A stretch of DNA of 64,000 bases from an uncultured Planctomycetota bacterium (GCA_963849325.1 CAWKHF010000012.1:1024001-1088000), one strand, 5' to 3'. Shown: positions 1 through 12,232, counted from the first letter of the stretch. The notes: generated by a model from the letters alone, not told the origin. A program made the numbers and translations.

Positions 1-124
1 GGCCGAACGTCAACGAAATGCCGACGTGGGTGACGTGGCCGCGGACGTTGTTGACGACGATGGCCGCCGTGCCCGCGAACACCAGGGCGAACGTGCCGAA
101 CAATTCCGCCATGAGTTTCCGCAT
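1..124 (-). CDS. MIP/aquaporin family channel, N-terminal part (runs off window)
   Basis: Manual translation from ATG at 124: MRKLMAELFGTFALVFAGTAAIVVNNVRGHVTHVGISLTFG, with the AE-x-x-GTF first helix of MIP channels. Not in the ORF track. Confidence 0.85.
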   Translation of the reverse strand, partial: MRKLMAELFGTFALVFAGTAAIVVNNVRGHVTHVGISLTFG

Positions 125-177
125 ACGGTCTCTCTCGCCAACCAGGGTGTCCTTCACGACGATGCGAGCGGACCAAT

Positions 178-201
178 CCGAGCCGCGACCGTCAGGGAGC
201 G
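178..201. repeat. REP-like element family A, single arm
   Basis: CCGAGCCGCGACCGTCAGGGAGCG, identical to arms at 24207 and 55416. Confidence 0.85.
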
Positions 202-211
202 AACAAAAATG

Positions 212-331
212 CCATTTGACCACGGATAACACGGATAACACGGATAAAACAAAAGAAGCGTGCGGGTTTTCTTTATCCGTGTCATCCGTGTTATCCGTGT
301 TATCCGTGTTATCCGTGGTCAAGTTGCATTT
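212..331. repeat. Inverted array of the 9-mer CACGGATAA (family E), copy 1
   Basis: 3 units, then spacer AAAACAAAAGAAG..., then 4-5 inverted units. Near-identical copy at 21042. Confidence 0.9.
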
Positions 332-483
332 AGTTAGTGGCCTTTACGGTTGCGGCTCGGTTTGGTCTAAGGGATGGTCCATCGATCGTCCAGGGTCGCG
401 CGACGGTCCTCTTGCGGTTCAACGCCGACATGCTTACCATGCCTCCGGCGACCGAGGCTTTCCGCTTTCTTCCGGGAGAGAGA

Positions 484-1596
484 ATGGTGTTACGATCCTT
501 CAGTATGCTCGTGGTCTTTTCGCTGCTTGGCGCCGCGACCGGCAGTGCTCGCGCCGAGAAGATGGAATGGATAAGGGTCGGCAAGGACAAGCGTTCCTTT
601 GTGCTCGCCTCATCGGGACGGCCGTTCGTGCCCTGGGGTTTCAATTACGACCGCGACGCGCGCGGCCGATTGCTCGAGGATTATTGGCTCGACGAATGGC
701 GGAAGGTCGAGAGGGACTTCGCCGCCATGAAAAAGCTCGGGGCCAACGTCGTGCGCATTCATCTCCAACTGGGCCGCTTCCTGGATGGCGCGGACAGGAC
801 GAACGACCCGGCGCTGGAGCAGCTGGAACGCCTCGTGAAATTGGCGGAACGCAGCGGCCTGTACCTGGACCTGACGGGCCTGGGCTGTTACCACAAGAAG
901 GACGTGCCCGCCTGGTACGACGCCCTGGCCGAGAAGGATCGCTGGGCGGCGCAGGCCCATTTCTGGCAGGCCGTCGCCGGTCGCTGCGCCGACAGTCCGG
1001 CCGTCTTCTGCTACGACCTGATGAACGAGCCGGTCGTACCCGGCGGACGGCGCGAGGGCCACGACTGGCTGGGGCCGGCGTTCGCCGGCAAGCATTATGT
1101 CCAGTTCATCGCGCTCGATCAGGACGAACGACCGAGGGCCGACATCGCCCGCCAGTGGGTGAAAACGCTGACGGCGGCCATCCGCAAGGTGGACCGCCGC
1201 CATCTCGTCACGGTGGGCCTGGTGGACTGGAGCCTCGACCGTCCCGGCCGTTTGTACTCCGGCTTCGACCCGGCAAAGGTCGAGGCCGACCTCGATTTTA
1301 TCAGCGTCCACATCTATCCCAAAAAGGGGAAGATCGGCGAAGCGCTGGAAACGCTGGCCGGCTTCGCCGTCGGCAAGCCCGTGCTGATCGAGGAGACGTT
1401 CCCGCTGAGCTGCTCGATCGAAGAACTGGCGGAGTTTTTCGACGGCTCGAAGAAGACCGCCGCCGGCTGGTTGGGGTTTTACTGGGGTCAGTCGGCGGAA
1501 GATCTGAGCCGTTCGGAAGCAATCGGCGACATATTGACGCGGCAATGGCTGGAATTCTTCGAGAAGCGAAGACCGTCTGTTACTCCCGGCCGATGA
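484..1596 (+). CDS. Secreted glycoside hydrolase, GH5/clan GH-A-like
   Basis: Signal peptide, [13 protein letters not shown], acid/base motif DLMNEP, SVHIYP, nucleophile region LIEET. Confidence 0.8.
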   Translation: MVLRSFSMLVVFSLLGAATGSARAEKMEWIRVGKDKRSFVLASSGRPFVPWGFNYDRDARGRLLEDYWLDEWRKVERDFAAMKKLGANVVRIHLQLGRFLDGADRTNDPALEQLERLVKLAERSGLYLDLTGLGCYHKKDVPAWYDALAEKDRWAAQAHFWQAVAGRCADSPAVFCYDLMNEPVVPGGRREGHDWLGPAFAGKHYVQFIALDQDERPRADIARQWVKTLTAAIRKVDRRHLVTVGLVDWSLDRPGRLYSGFDPAKVEADLDFISVHIYPKKGKIGEALETLAGFAVGKPVLIEETFPLSCSIEELAEFFDGSKKTAAGWLGFYWGQSAEDLSRSEAIGDILTRQWLEFFEKRRPSVTPGR

Positions 1597-2533
1597 GGAC
1601 GCCCGTGAGGAACACGAGCAGGCCGCCGATGACGACTTGAAAGATCGCCGATGTCCACGGCGTATCCATGAAGCGATGGCGTATCCAGGAGATGGCCGCC
1701 AGCTCCACGATCACGACGCCGATGGCCACGCTGGTGGCCCAGAAAAAAGCGCTGGATACCGTGTCGGGTACCAGGTAGGGCAGCGAGTGTCCCAGGCCGC
1801 CCAGGGCCGTCATGAGTCCGCAGATCAGGCCGCGCACCCACGGCCGACCGCGGCCGGTCAGGCTGCCGTCGTCGGACAGCGCCTCGGCGAAGCCCATGCT
1901 GATGCCGGCGCCGAGACTGGCGGCCAGGCCGACCAGGAACGTCTCCTTGTTTTGCCGCGTGGCGAACGCCGCCGCGAACAGCGGCGCCAGCGTCGAAACC
2001 GAGCCGTCCATCAACCCCGCCAATCCCGGCTGCACCACTTGCAGCACGAACTCGCGCTTCGCGCCGCCGCCTCGGTGTCCACGTCTTCGGCGACCATGCC
2101 CTCGGCGATGCGCTCGTGCTTGCGCTCCTCTTCGGCCAGATCGCCCAGCAGTTGACGCACGCCGGCATCCGTCGCCTGGCGGGCGGCTTTTTCGTAGAAG
2201 CGTTTAGTTTCCAGTTCCATCAAGGCGGCCTGCTTGCGCACCGCGTCCAGGCCCAGCGGCCGCACCAGCCACACCGGCTTGCGACTGACGAAGCCCTTGA
2301 CATCGTGACGGCGCAGCAGCGGGATGTGTTCGCCGAAGCGCTGGCGATACAGATCCAGCAAGCGATGACGATGGCCGTCCTCCTCGGCGCAGCCGGCGAA
2401 ATTCCTCGGCCCGAGCGGGATGGCTCGTCTTCAGGCCGTCGGCGAAATCGTCGTAGATACGGGCGTCTTCCTCTTCGAGAGAGATGGCCAGGGCCAGGAT
2501 CTCCTGCTCGCTGAGGCTCTTGAAGCTGCGCAT
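1580..2533 (-). CDS. mbfA: Rubrerythrin-VIT1 iron exporter (MbfA-like), frameshifted
   Basis: Pieces in several frames: [29 protein letters not shown], then [18 protein letters not shown] and [14 protein letters not shown]. Confidence 0.85.
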
Positions 2534-2645
2534 GATGGTTGCTCCCCACGAGTTTCCTTCCATCTTAGGGCGGACGGTTGCAGTCGTGGCGTCCATTCTC
2601 CATAATCATCCGCATGACCCCTGATCCCTTGCACGAGGACACCCC

Positions 2646-3881
<1,236 letters not shown>

Positions 3882-3982
3882 AGCCGTCCTTGACGGTCGG
3901 CCGGCATGGCGGGTGACGGCCTTGCGTCTCTATAATGAAAGGGAAGAGAGTAACGAATCCTCCGACACGAGCACTCACACGC

Positions 3983-5365
3983 ATGGCCTCCGCACTTCCC
4001 CGCGAGCGAGCGCCGGTCGCTTCCTCCCCGTGGGAGTTGGCCGCCGAGACCATCGCCGTCAAGATTCGCTGGTTCGGCCTGCTGGTCGGCTACGTCCTGG
4101 TCAATCTCCGCGATCACGGCGGCGCCCGACAGGCCGTTCTCAACGCCATCCTCACCGTCGGCGTCGCCTACACCCTGCTCGACACCTATTTCAGCGTGCG
4201 CGGCCGAGTCTTCCTCGGCCGCGCTCCCTTGGGCATCTCGCTGATGGAAGCACTGTTCATCGGCCTGCTCTGCTATTTCGACACCGGACTCGACAGCCCA
4301 TTCCGCTACTACTACTTCCTGTCGCTCATCTGCTGCGCCATTCGCCACGCCTCGGACGTCACCTACGCCACCTGTGCCCTGCACTGTCTCAGCTACGGCG
4401 TACTGTACCTGGCCCTGCCGCCGGAGGGGCAGCGCGTCATTGCCTTCACGTTGACGCTGGTGATCCTCGGCTGGGTAACGTGGGCGAGCAATGCCATGGC
4501 GCTGCTCTTGAAGCGCGTCGGCGACTACCTGGGCCAGCTCAACCGGGCGCTCGAAGAGAACAAGGCGGAGTTGGAGGCGCGCATCGCCGAGCGGACGCGC
4601 GAATTGCAGGAGGCGCAGGCGCACGTGCTGCACCAGGAGAAGATGGCCGCTTTCGGACTGCTCGCCGCCGGCATCGCCCATGAGGTCGGCAATCCGTTGA
4701 CGTCGATCAGCTCGATGGTACAGGTCCTCCAGCGCCGCGGCGGCGACCCGTACACGCTGGACAAGCTGGCCCTAGTCAGCGGCCAGCTGCAGCGCATCCG
4801 CACCACGCTGCGCGAATTGATCGAGTTCAGCCGGCCGGCCAGCAGTGAGCGGACGCGCGTGTCGCTGGACGAAGTGCTCGACGAAGCCTTGAACATCGCC
4901 AAGTATTACAAACGGATGCGCGGCCGCGTCTCCTCGCCGGCGTTGCCGCCGGACCTACCGCCATTGTTCGCTGTCCGGGATCAGCTGGTGCAGGTCTTTC
5001 TCAACCTCGTCCTCAACGCCATCGATGCCGCCGGCCGTGATGGCCGGATTGAATTGCACGTGCAGCGGCGGCCGGATGGCGTCGAGGTCCATGTGTGCGA
5101 CAGCGGCAGTGGCATCGCCCCGGAGCACGCGGCCCGGCTGTTCCAGCCGTACTTCACCACGAAAAAGCACGGCACCGGCCTGGGACTGTTCGTGACGCGC
5201 CAGCTCGTCACTGAGCACGGCGGCACCGTGACGTTCGAGTCGCACGCCGGCGCGGGTACGACCTTCCGCGTCTTCCTGCCCCTGGTCGATCAGCCGGAGC
5301 CGGCACCCGACGAGGGCGTGATGGCTGTCACCGCCGGCCGGAATGGAGAGAAAGGTACATGGTAG
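3983..5365 (+). CDS. Membrane sensor histidine kinase (NtrB type)
   Basis: Several TM helices, H-box AHEVGNPL, N-box NLVLNA, DSGSGI, FTTK..GTGLGL. Confidence 0.92.
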   Translation: MASALPRERAPVASSPWELAAETIAVKIRWFGLLVGYVLVNLRDHGGARQAVLNAILTVGVAYTLLDTYFSVRGRVFLGRAPLGISLMEALFIGLLCYFDTGLDSPFRYYYFLSLICCAIRHASDVTYATCALHCLSYGVLYLALPPEGQRVIAFTLTLVILGWVTWASNAMALLLKRVGDYLGQLNRALEENKAELEARIAERTRELQEAQAHVLHQEKMAAFGLLAAGIAHEVGNPLTSISSMVQVLQRRGGDPYTLDKLALVSGQLQRIRTTLRELIEFSRPASSERTRVSLDEVLDEALNIAKYYKRMRGRVSSPALPPDLPPLFAVRDQLVQVFLNLVLNAIDAAGRDGRIELHVQRRPDGVEVHVCDSGSGIAPEHAARLFQPYFTTKKHGTGLGLFVTRQLVTEHGGTVTFESHAGAGTTFRVFLPLVDQPEPAPDEGVMAVTAGRNGEKGTW

Positions 5366-6795
5366 AGACACGTACCAGGGGCGAGGGACGAGAGAAGAGG
5401 TCTCTTCACTCGCCACTCGCCACTCGCCACTCGCCACTCGTCGGTGCGGAAGCGGCCATCCTCATCGTGGACGATGAATTGCTGATCCGCGAGACGCTGG
5501 CCGAGTATCTCGGGCAAGAGGGTTTCGCCGTCGTCACCAGCGCGTCCGGCGAGGACGCGCTGGAGCGCGCCGCCCAGCAGCGATTCGACATCGTGCTGTG
5601 CGACGTCCATCTGCCGGGGCTGGACGGCCTGGAGTTGCTCGACCGTTTGCGGTGCATCAGCCCTGAGACGTTCGTGCTCCTCATCACCGCTTACGCAACC
5701 GTCGAGAACGCGGTCGAGGCGTTCCAGCGCGGCGCGCACGACTACCTAATGAAGCCGATTCTGCTCGATGAGGTGCTGAGCAAGATCCGCCGTCTGCTGG
5801 CCCACCGGGCGCTGTACCTCGAAAACCAGTGGCTGCGCCGCGAGCTGAACCTCGATCGCCGGCCGGACAGCGAGCACATTATCGGCAAAAGTGCCGGCAT
5901 GGCCCGGGTGTTCGAGATGGTGCGCAAGGTGGCACCGACGCGCTCAACAGTGCTGATCGTCGGCGAGAGCGGCACCGGCAAGGAGTTGATCGCCCGCGCC
6001 ATCCACGCCGGAGGTATTGAGGGCGATTCCCCTTTTATCGCTCTTAATTGTGCCGCCATCCCGCCGGACCTGCTGGAGAACCAGTTGTTCGGCCATCGCA
6101 AGGGTGCTTTCACGGGGGCCGACCGCGATCAGGCGGGCGTGTTCGTCCACGCCGGCGACGGCACCGTGTTCCTCGACGAAATCGGCGAAATGCCGCTGGC
6201 CACCCAGGCCAAGTTGTTGCGGGCCATCGAACAGAAGGAAATCCTGCCGGTCGGGGCCAATGAGCCGATCCGCGTCGAGGCGCGCGTCCTGGCGGCGACG
6301 AACAAGGAGCTGATGAAGGAAGTCGAGTCCGGCCGCTTCCGCGAAGACCTGTATTATCGGCTCAACGTCGTGTGCATTCCCATCCCGCCGCTGCGCCAGC
6401 GCCGCGAGGACATTCCCGATCTCGTCGAGTTTCTGCTGGCCCGTCACGCGCGGACATTGGGCAAGCGCATCCGCGGCGTGACGCACGAGGCGATGCAGCG
6501 GCTGATGGCCTGCCGCTGGCGCGGCAACGTCCGCGAACTGGACAACGCGCTGCAACGAGCGGTGATTCTCGGCGAAGGGCCGCTCATCACACCGGCCGAC
6601 CTGCCGCCGGACCTGGCTCCGGTGGAGGGCGATCCGGCCCTGGTGGACGATCTCGGCGAGGCCGTCAAGCGCTTCGAGAAGCAGCACATCGAACGCATCC
6701 TGCGACAGACGCCGGACAAGAAGGAGGCGGCGCGACGGCTGGGCATGGGACTTAGCTCACTCTACCGCCGCATCGCCGAGTTGGGCATCGTTTAG
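5359..6795 (+). CDS. Sigma54-dependent response regulator (NtrC family)
   Basis: Receiver LIVDDE, GESGTGKE, GAFTGA, FLDEIGE, C-terminal HTH. Overlaps the kinase. Confidence 0.95.
   Translation: MVETRTRGEGREKRSLHSPLATRHSPLVGAEAAILIVDDELLIRETLAEYLGQEGFAVVTSASGEDALERAAQQRFDIVLCDVHLPGLDGLELLDRLRCISPETFVLLITAYATVENAVEAFQRGAHDYLMKPILLDEVLSKIRRLLAHRALYLENQWLRRELNLDRRPDSEHIIGKSAGMARVFEMVRKVAPTRSTVLIVGESGTGKELIARAIHAGGIEGDSPFIALNCAAIPPDLLENQLFGHRKGAFTGADRDQAGVFVHAGDGTVFLDEIGEMPLATQAKLLRAIEQKEILPVGANEPIRVEARVLAATNKELMKEVESGRFREDLYYRLNVVCIPIPPLRQRREDIPDLVEFLLARHARTLGKRIRGVTHEAMQRLMACRWRGNVRELDNALQRAVILGEGPLITPADLPPDLAPVEGDPALVDDLGEAVKRFEKQHIERILRQTPDKKEAARRLGMGLSSLYRRIAELGIV
5377..5440. repeat. 7-mer CACTCGC array with degenerate inverted arm, inside the regulator 5' end
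   Basis: About five CACTCGC units at 5407-5440, encoding HSPLATRHSPL. Confidence 0.75.
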
Positions 6796-6817
6796 CCGCG
6801 ACGCGCAGCGGAGCGCG
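6790..6817. repeat. REP-like family B, single arm
   Basis: GTTTAGCCGCGACGCGCAGCGGAGCGCG. Contains the regulator's TAG stop. Confidence 0.85.
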
Positions 6818-6871
6818 TTGCCTGTCAAACGCAATCCCTGCCGGTCGCCGTTTTTCGCCGGCCGGGTCCAT

Positions 6872-8257
6872 TCACGCCGCTCCTTTCTTCTTCGGCTCCC
6901 TCTTGGGCAGGCTGCCGCTGGGCACCCGTTCCTTCCAGGCGGCGTGCGCCTTGGCGCGTTCGGCCTCGGAGCCGGCCGGGTCGTAGGGGACGCGCAGGTC
7001 CTCCGGCAGCAGGCGCGACAGGTGCCACCAGGCCAGATGGCGAATGGCCAGATCCTCGTGCCGCAGATAGGCGATGAGCGTTTCGTAAGTATCCGGATCG
7101 TCGGCGGCGAAGGCACTGTGAAGGAGCTGCAACACCGTCGCCGCCCGCGCCCGCGAATAATGGAGTTGGTCCTGGAGGAACTGATACAGCCGCTGGTCCT
7201 GTCCGGCCGCGTCGCCGATCCAGTGCCGCAGGGCCAGCACAGCGGCGTTGCGGACGTTGGCCTGCTTGGGATCGCCCAGGGTCTGCACGACGCGGTCAAT
7301 GTCATTGATGGCGGCCAGGCCGAAGACGGCGAACTCGGCCATCGCTCTGGTCCGTTCGCCGTCGCGCTCATTCTCCGCGGCGGCCAGCACGTCGGCCAGC
7401 GCCGTTCGCGGCTCTCGGTCCTTCACCCGGTCGCGGTACTTGTCGATCGCCACGAAAAAAGGCGAGGCTTTCGCCGCTGCCTTGGCGTGGAGGTCGGCCC
7501 ACTCCGGGATGCGGTCGCGGCGCTCCGGCACCTCGGCGGGTCCGTTGTCGCTGTCCCAGTGGAAATAGGCGCGGCCGGGCGGCGCCGACAGCGAATGCTC
7601 CGTGCCGCCGGCCTTCACATCGACCTGTCCCTTGACGATGAGGAAGCTCAGTGTCCGCGCCGGCACGTCCTGCGGCCGCGGCGCGGCGGTGAAGGGGACG
7701 CCGCGCGGCCAGAAGCCGTACAGCGCCAGACACACGGCATCTCCCGGCTCGGCCAGCGTCAACCGAAATGCCGCCCCCTCGACGCGCACCCAGACGCGGG
7801 CCGCTCCTTTCTCCTTGCGATTGGTGACGATCGCGCGACCGCGGTGGAGCGTGAAGTCGAGGTCGAACGCCCGGCTGTCGTGCAGGAGGACGGCACTCTG
7901 CAATCCCGAGAACCCGGTCGTCCCCGGCAGGTTGCCCCACAGGGTCAGCCCGACGGTCTTCGGCCGCGTCTCCACGTCGGCCCGTAATCCCGGCAGGGAG
8001 AGCAGCAGGTCGCGGCTGAAAACGTCGTCCGACGCGCCGAGCGTCCGCCACGGCTGACCCGGCCGTTCGTTGACCAGCAGACCGCCCGCCGGTGACAGAC
8101 ACTTCCCCAGCGGCACGCGCGGCTCCCAACTGACCGGCCGTGTGCCCAGCTCCTGGGACCGCACGGCGGGACCGGCTGCCAGCAGCACACCGATCAGCAG
8201 CGGCCGGACGTACCGAGGTAGACCGCGAAGGAGGACGCAGGTTCTTCGCTCGTTCAT
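6872..8257 (-). CDS. Hypothetical exported protein with beta-rich N-half and HEAT-like helical C-half
   Basis: Long ORF, signal-like LLIGVLLAAGPAVRSQ, HEAT-like VRNAAVLALRHW and IRHLAWWHL. Confidence 0.7.
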   Translation of the reverse strand: MNERRTCVLLRGLPRYVRPLLIGVLLAAGPAVRSQELGTRPVSWEPRVPLGKCLSPAGGLLVNERPGQPWRTLGASDDVFSRDLLLSLPGLRADVETRPKTVGLTLWGNLPGTTGFSGLQSAVLLHDSRAFDLDFTLHRGRAIVTNRKEKGAARVWVRVEGAAFRLTLAEPGDAVCLALYGFWPRGVPFTAAPRPQDVPARTLSFLIVKGQVDVKAGGTEHSLSAPPGRAYFHWDSDNGPAEVPERRDRIPEWADLHAKAAAKASPFFVAIDKYRDRVKDREPRTALADVLAAAENERDGERTRAMAEFAVFGLAAINDIDRVVQTLGDPKQANVRNAAVLALRHWIGDAAGQDQRLYQFLQDQLHYSRARAATVLQLLHSAFAADDPDTYETLIAYLRHEDLAIRHLAWWHLSRLLPEDLRVPYDPAGSEAERAKAHAAWKERVPSGSLPKREPKKKGAA

Positions 8258-8395
8258 GGCTGCTCTCGCGCTTTCAGATCGGAGGAGGACGCCGCCGTCG
8301 CGGCGAACCACGCTGGCGACCGCGACGGGACGGCGACATTGTAACATGAGGACCGCACCCCACGCCGAACAGTTTTTCGAGATGGACGGCGCGAA

Positions 8396-9265
8396 TTAGA
8401 AATCGTTGCCGTTGACGATGTAGCCGTCACTGGCGAAGTACAGGTTCAGTAGCGGGAAGTTGGCCGGCACCGGCTTGCTGCAATTCTGCTGGCTGGGATC
8501 GTTGGCGAGGGAGTTCTTCAGGAAGTGAACCGAGGCGTCGCAGAAGGCGAAGTTGGCCCCGCCCGGATGATAGCTCGACCAGGCAAAGTGCGTGCAGTTC
8601 CCATCGGCGCCGCCGGCGAACGGCGTCCCGATCGGCCAGGTGGGCCGGCCGATGACGCTCTCGACGCCGCTGAGCGCACTATGGGCCGTGTCACGCCCCG
8701 CCCACACTGCCCCGACCTGGCTCTGCATGTCGCGCTCGCCGATCAGGATAGTGTTGCTGGTCCCGTCGGTGATCGTGGACATCGGATACCCCACGCCGCC
8801 ATCGCTGATTTGCTCGCTGACGACGTAGTTGCTCTTGGCGTATCCGCCGAAGTAGGTGTTGAGGTTCCCGCCGGGATCCGAAGGACAGCTGAAGACGGAG
8901 ACCCTCAAGAGGGTGTTGGGCGTCGTACCGGACAGGGTGGTCCCATTCGGGTTGATGTTGTTGAAAAGGTTCTGCTGCTCGACATACGGTAGCAGCCAGA
9001 CCGACCAGCCATAGTTCGAGGGCTTGGCGAACGCTGGGGGAAAGGCCTGGTTGCTGTCGTGGTAGCTGTGCATGGCCAGGCCGAGTTGATGCAGGTTGTT
9101 CTGGCACTGACTGCGTGCGGCGGCTTCGCGCACCTTCTGCACGGCCGGCAGCAACAGGCCGATCAGCACCGCGAGGATGGCGATGACCACCAGCAGTTCG
9201 ATCAGCGTGAAGCCGCGGCGACAGAGCGATGTCGTCCGGCAGGGCGTGTGGTCGTCTCGGGTCAT
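8396..9265 (-). CDS. DUF1559 prepilin-type protein
   Basis: [47 protein letters not shown]. Confidence 0.95.
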   Translation of the reverse strand: MTRDDHTPCRTTSLCRRGFTLIELLVVIAILAVLIGLLLPAVQKVREAAARSQCQNNLHQLGLAMHSYHDSNQAFPPAFAKPSNYGWSVWLLPYVEQQNLFNNINPNGTTLSGTTPNTLLRVSVFSCPSDPGGNLNTYFGGYAKSNYVVSEQISDGGVGYPMSTITDGTSNTILIGERDMQSQVGAVWAGRDTAHSALSGVESVIGRPTWPIGTPFAGGADGNCTHFAWSSYHPGGANFAFCDASVHFLKNSLANDPSQQNCSKPVPANFPLLNLYFASDGYIVNGNDF

Positions 9266-9288
9266 TGCCTGGATGCTGTGAGTAACTT

Positions 9289-9357
9289 CGTTTAGCCGCG
9301 ACGCGCAGCGGAGCGCGGGCGTCTCGCCCGCGCTCCGCTGCGCGTCGCGGCCAAACG
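9289..9357. repeat. REP-like family B inverted pair
   Basis: 33-bp arms with a 3-nt loop and one mismatch. Confidence 0.9.
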
Positions 9358-9370
9358 GAGAAGTCCTTGG

Positions 9371-10741
9371 TCAGCTGCTCAACCCCTCCACCTCCCAGCC
9401 CTTGCGGTAACGGCGGCGGACATGCTGGTTGGCCTCCTCGACGTTCTTCACCTGCAGCTGGGCCGCGTCCCATTCCAGCGTCGTTTTGGGGAAGCGCGTC
9501 GCCAGACAGCCCAGTAGCACCGTTTCGGTCAGCGGGCCGGAGTAGGCGAACGGGGCCGACGTTTTGCCGTTGCCGCGGCACGCCTCGACGAACTGCAAGT
9601 AATGATTGGCTCCCGCCGGCGTTGGGCAGCTTGTAATCCGCGAACTTGTCGGCCGGCAGCAGCACCGGCGTCGGCGATGTACGGCGAATACAGCACGCCG
9701 TCCGTGCCGATGTAGATGGAACCCTGATCGTGCAACTTCCGGCCGCCGAGCAGCGCCTGCACCTCGGCCGGCGGTCGATTGTCGCCGTTGTACCAGTGCA
9801 GCGTCAGCGTCTTCGTCGTGTACGTCGTGCCGGGGAAAGTGTACTTGACGTGTACGTTGAGGCTCCAGTTGTCGGCGTTGGGCGTCTCGTCCTCTTCCGA
9901 GCGCACCGACCGTTGGCGCCGTCAGGGCCAGCGAGCCGTACACGGGATCGAGGATGTGGCAACCCATGTCGCCGAACGTGCCGGTGCCGAAATCGAGGCG
10001 CTTGCGCCAGTTGCCGGGATGATAATAACCGCCGCCGATGAAGGGCCGCTCGGCGGCCACGCCCAGCCAGTCGTTCCAGTTGAAACCTTCCGGCACCGGG
10101 ATCGCTGCGGTCGGGCCGTGGGTTCTTGTCGCCCCAGCCCTTGCCGCTCCAGCTATGGACCTCCTTCACCTTGCCGATCGCGCCGGCCTGGATGGTCGGC
10201 CACGACTTGCCGGTGCACCGAGTCCGAGTGGATCTGGATGCCCATCTGCGTGACCAGCTTTTTCTCGTCGGCCACTCGTCGCAGTTGTCGCGCCTCGTAG
10301 ATGGTCTGCGTCAGCGGCTTCTGCGTGTAGACGTGCAGGCCCTGCTGCATCGCCCGCATGGTGATGGGGGCGTGCATGTGGTCCGGCGTGGACACGTTCA
10401 CCGAGTTGAGGTTTTTCTCCTTGTCCAGCAGCTCGCGCCAGTCCTGGTAGATTTTCACGTCGGGGAACTTCTTCTTGACCTCGGCCGTGCGGTTGAGGTC
10501 CACGTCGGCCACTGCGACGAGCTTGATGCGCTTGTGCGTCTCAACCCGTTTCGACTCCTCGACGTTGATGCCGGTTAGCGAGTAGATGTCGGACAGGCCA
10601 TGCCGTTGGCGCCGAAGCTGGCGTGGTAGAGGGTCTCGCTCGGGGCGGCGCGGCGTGAGCGCGGAACACGAAGGGGGCGGCCAGTCCGGCGGCCGCGACC
10701 CGCTTCAAGGCGGCGCGGCGAGTGATGCGCGAAGTCGTCAT
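9371..10741 (-). CDS. Tat-exported Gfo/Idh/MocA oxidoreductase, frameshifted
   Basis: TRRAALK Tat motif, VSTPDHMHA, HVYTQKPL, GTGTFGDMGCHI across several frames. Confidence 0.85.
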
Positions 10742-10762
10742 GGAATCGCTCCTCGTGGTTTC

Positions 10763-10865
10763 TTCTCCCCTCTCCCCCGCTTCGGGGGAGAGGGGTTGGG
10801 GGTGAGGGGGAGGAGGCATCCCCTCACCCCCAACCCCTCTCCTCCAAGCGGGGAGAGGGGGAGAA
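10763..10865. repeat. REP-like family D pair (CCCCTCTCCC..GGGAGAGGGG..GGGGGTGAGGGG)
   Basis: Two self-complementary units in inverted arrangement. Second copy at 41301. Confidence 0.85.
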
Positions 10866-10869
10866 AGGA

Positions 10870-12232
10870 TTATTTCTTCTCCAGGCGCTTGATCTGGATG
10901 TTGCGGAAGGCCACTGGATCGTTGTGGCCGGCGAAACCGAAGTGACCGCTCGTGCGGTCCTTGCCCGGATGCGTGCTGTTGGCCATGTACTCCGTCACCT
11001 TGCTCAGATCGCAATCGAGGATGACGGTGCCGTTCAGCTCGACCTTGATCGTCGGTCCCTTGACCGTCACTTCCTGATAGTTCCATTCGCCGATCGGCCG
11101 CTGATAGCCGCGCGTGAGCGGCCACCATGCCGTAGGCCGAGCCGTGGGCCTGCCGCGGATCGATGCCCTTGTAGGCGTCGTCCAGCACTTGCAGCTCGCA
11201 CATGCCGACGTAGGCGGTGTCGCCGTTGCCGGGGTAGCGGATGGCCAGGCCGTTGTTGCCGCTCTTGGGCAGCTTGAACTCCAGCCGGGCGACGAAATCG
11301 CCGTATTCCTCCTTGGTGTAGATGGTGCCGCCCTTGCCGCGGCTTGCACAGGATGGCCCCGTCCTTGACCTCGATAGTTGTCGATCGGCCCGGCCCAGCC
11401 GTCGAAGTCCTTGCCGTTGAAAACGTCCTCGAAGCCCTTCCGAGTCGCTGAATTCGCGCAGCAGTTTGTTGGCCTCGTCCGCAGGGGATCTCGCGGACGT
11501 AGATGTTGCGCCAGCGGATCTCGCTGCCGTGCGTTTGCAGCTGGATCGGACCTTTCCTCAACAGCGGCATCTTGCGGTTCCAGTAGTTCTCCAGGCGGGC
11601 GTTGTTGACGACGAGCTTGCCGTTGAGATACACCGTGGTCCGTTCGCCGAGTTGGAGGATGCGGAAATGAGTTCCATTCGCCGAACGGCTTGTCGGCCAG
11701 GACGAGCGGATCTTTGCCGGGCGAGCCGGGGCTGTTGTTCCACAGCCCGCCGCTGCCCTTGTCGGCGCCGAGGTTCCACTTGCCGCCTTCCTTGGTGTAG
11801 TCCCAGATTTGCACCTGCGGCGTCGCCCGCAGATAGATGCCGCTGTCGCCCTTGGGATACATCTTGTAATCGATCAGCAACTCGATGTCGCCGTAGTCCT
11901 TGTCGGTGGTCAGGTAGGCGCCCTTGCCGTCGTTGACGATCTCGCCCTTCTCGACCTTCCAGTGCGTCTTGATCTCCTCGTTCCACTTGTCGATCTGGGC
12001 CTTGCGCTCGTCCTCGGACATGGCCGCCAGCTTGTAGGGATCGAAGTGTCGGCATCGCCGTGCCAGCCGGTGAAATCCTTGCCGTTGAACAGGGCGGTGA
12101 ACCCCTTCGGCGCTTGCGTCGGACTACGGCGATTTGTCGGCAGCGCTTGTCTGTCGGCGGCTGCACCGCGGAGGCGAGGAGGACAGAACGGTGAAGGCGA
12201 ACAGGTGGGTGTGGAGGAGAGTATGTTGGCAT
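10870..12232 (-). CDS. Tandem DUF1080 (3-keto-disaccharide hydrolase-like) protein, frameshifted
   Basis: Two LFNGKD..GW starts, GDSGIYLR, GPIQLQTHG, GHFGFAGH..VAFRNI. Start approximate. Confidence 0.85.

Noticed and set aside
212-331. 9-mer and 7-mer arrays as CRISPR arrays
   Set aside because: The units are contiguous with no unique spacers, and no cas genes are present.
18-1640. Long alternative-frame and antisense ORFs here and throughout (e.g. 51606-53306, 58549-59934)
   Set aside because: Arg/Pro/Gly-rich shadow frames typical of high-GC DNA, overlapping well-supported genes.
3931-3936. TATAAT as the kinase promoter
   Set aside because: No matching -35 or extended -10 element, so it is insufficient alone.
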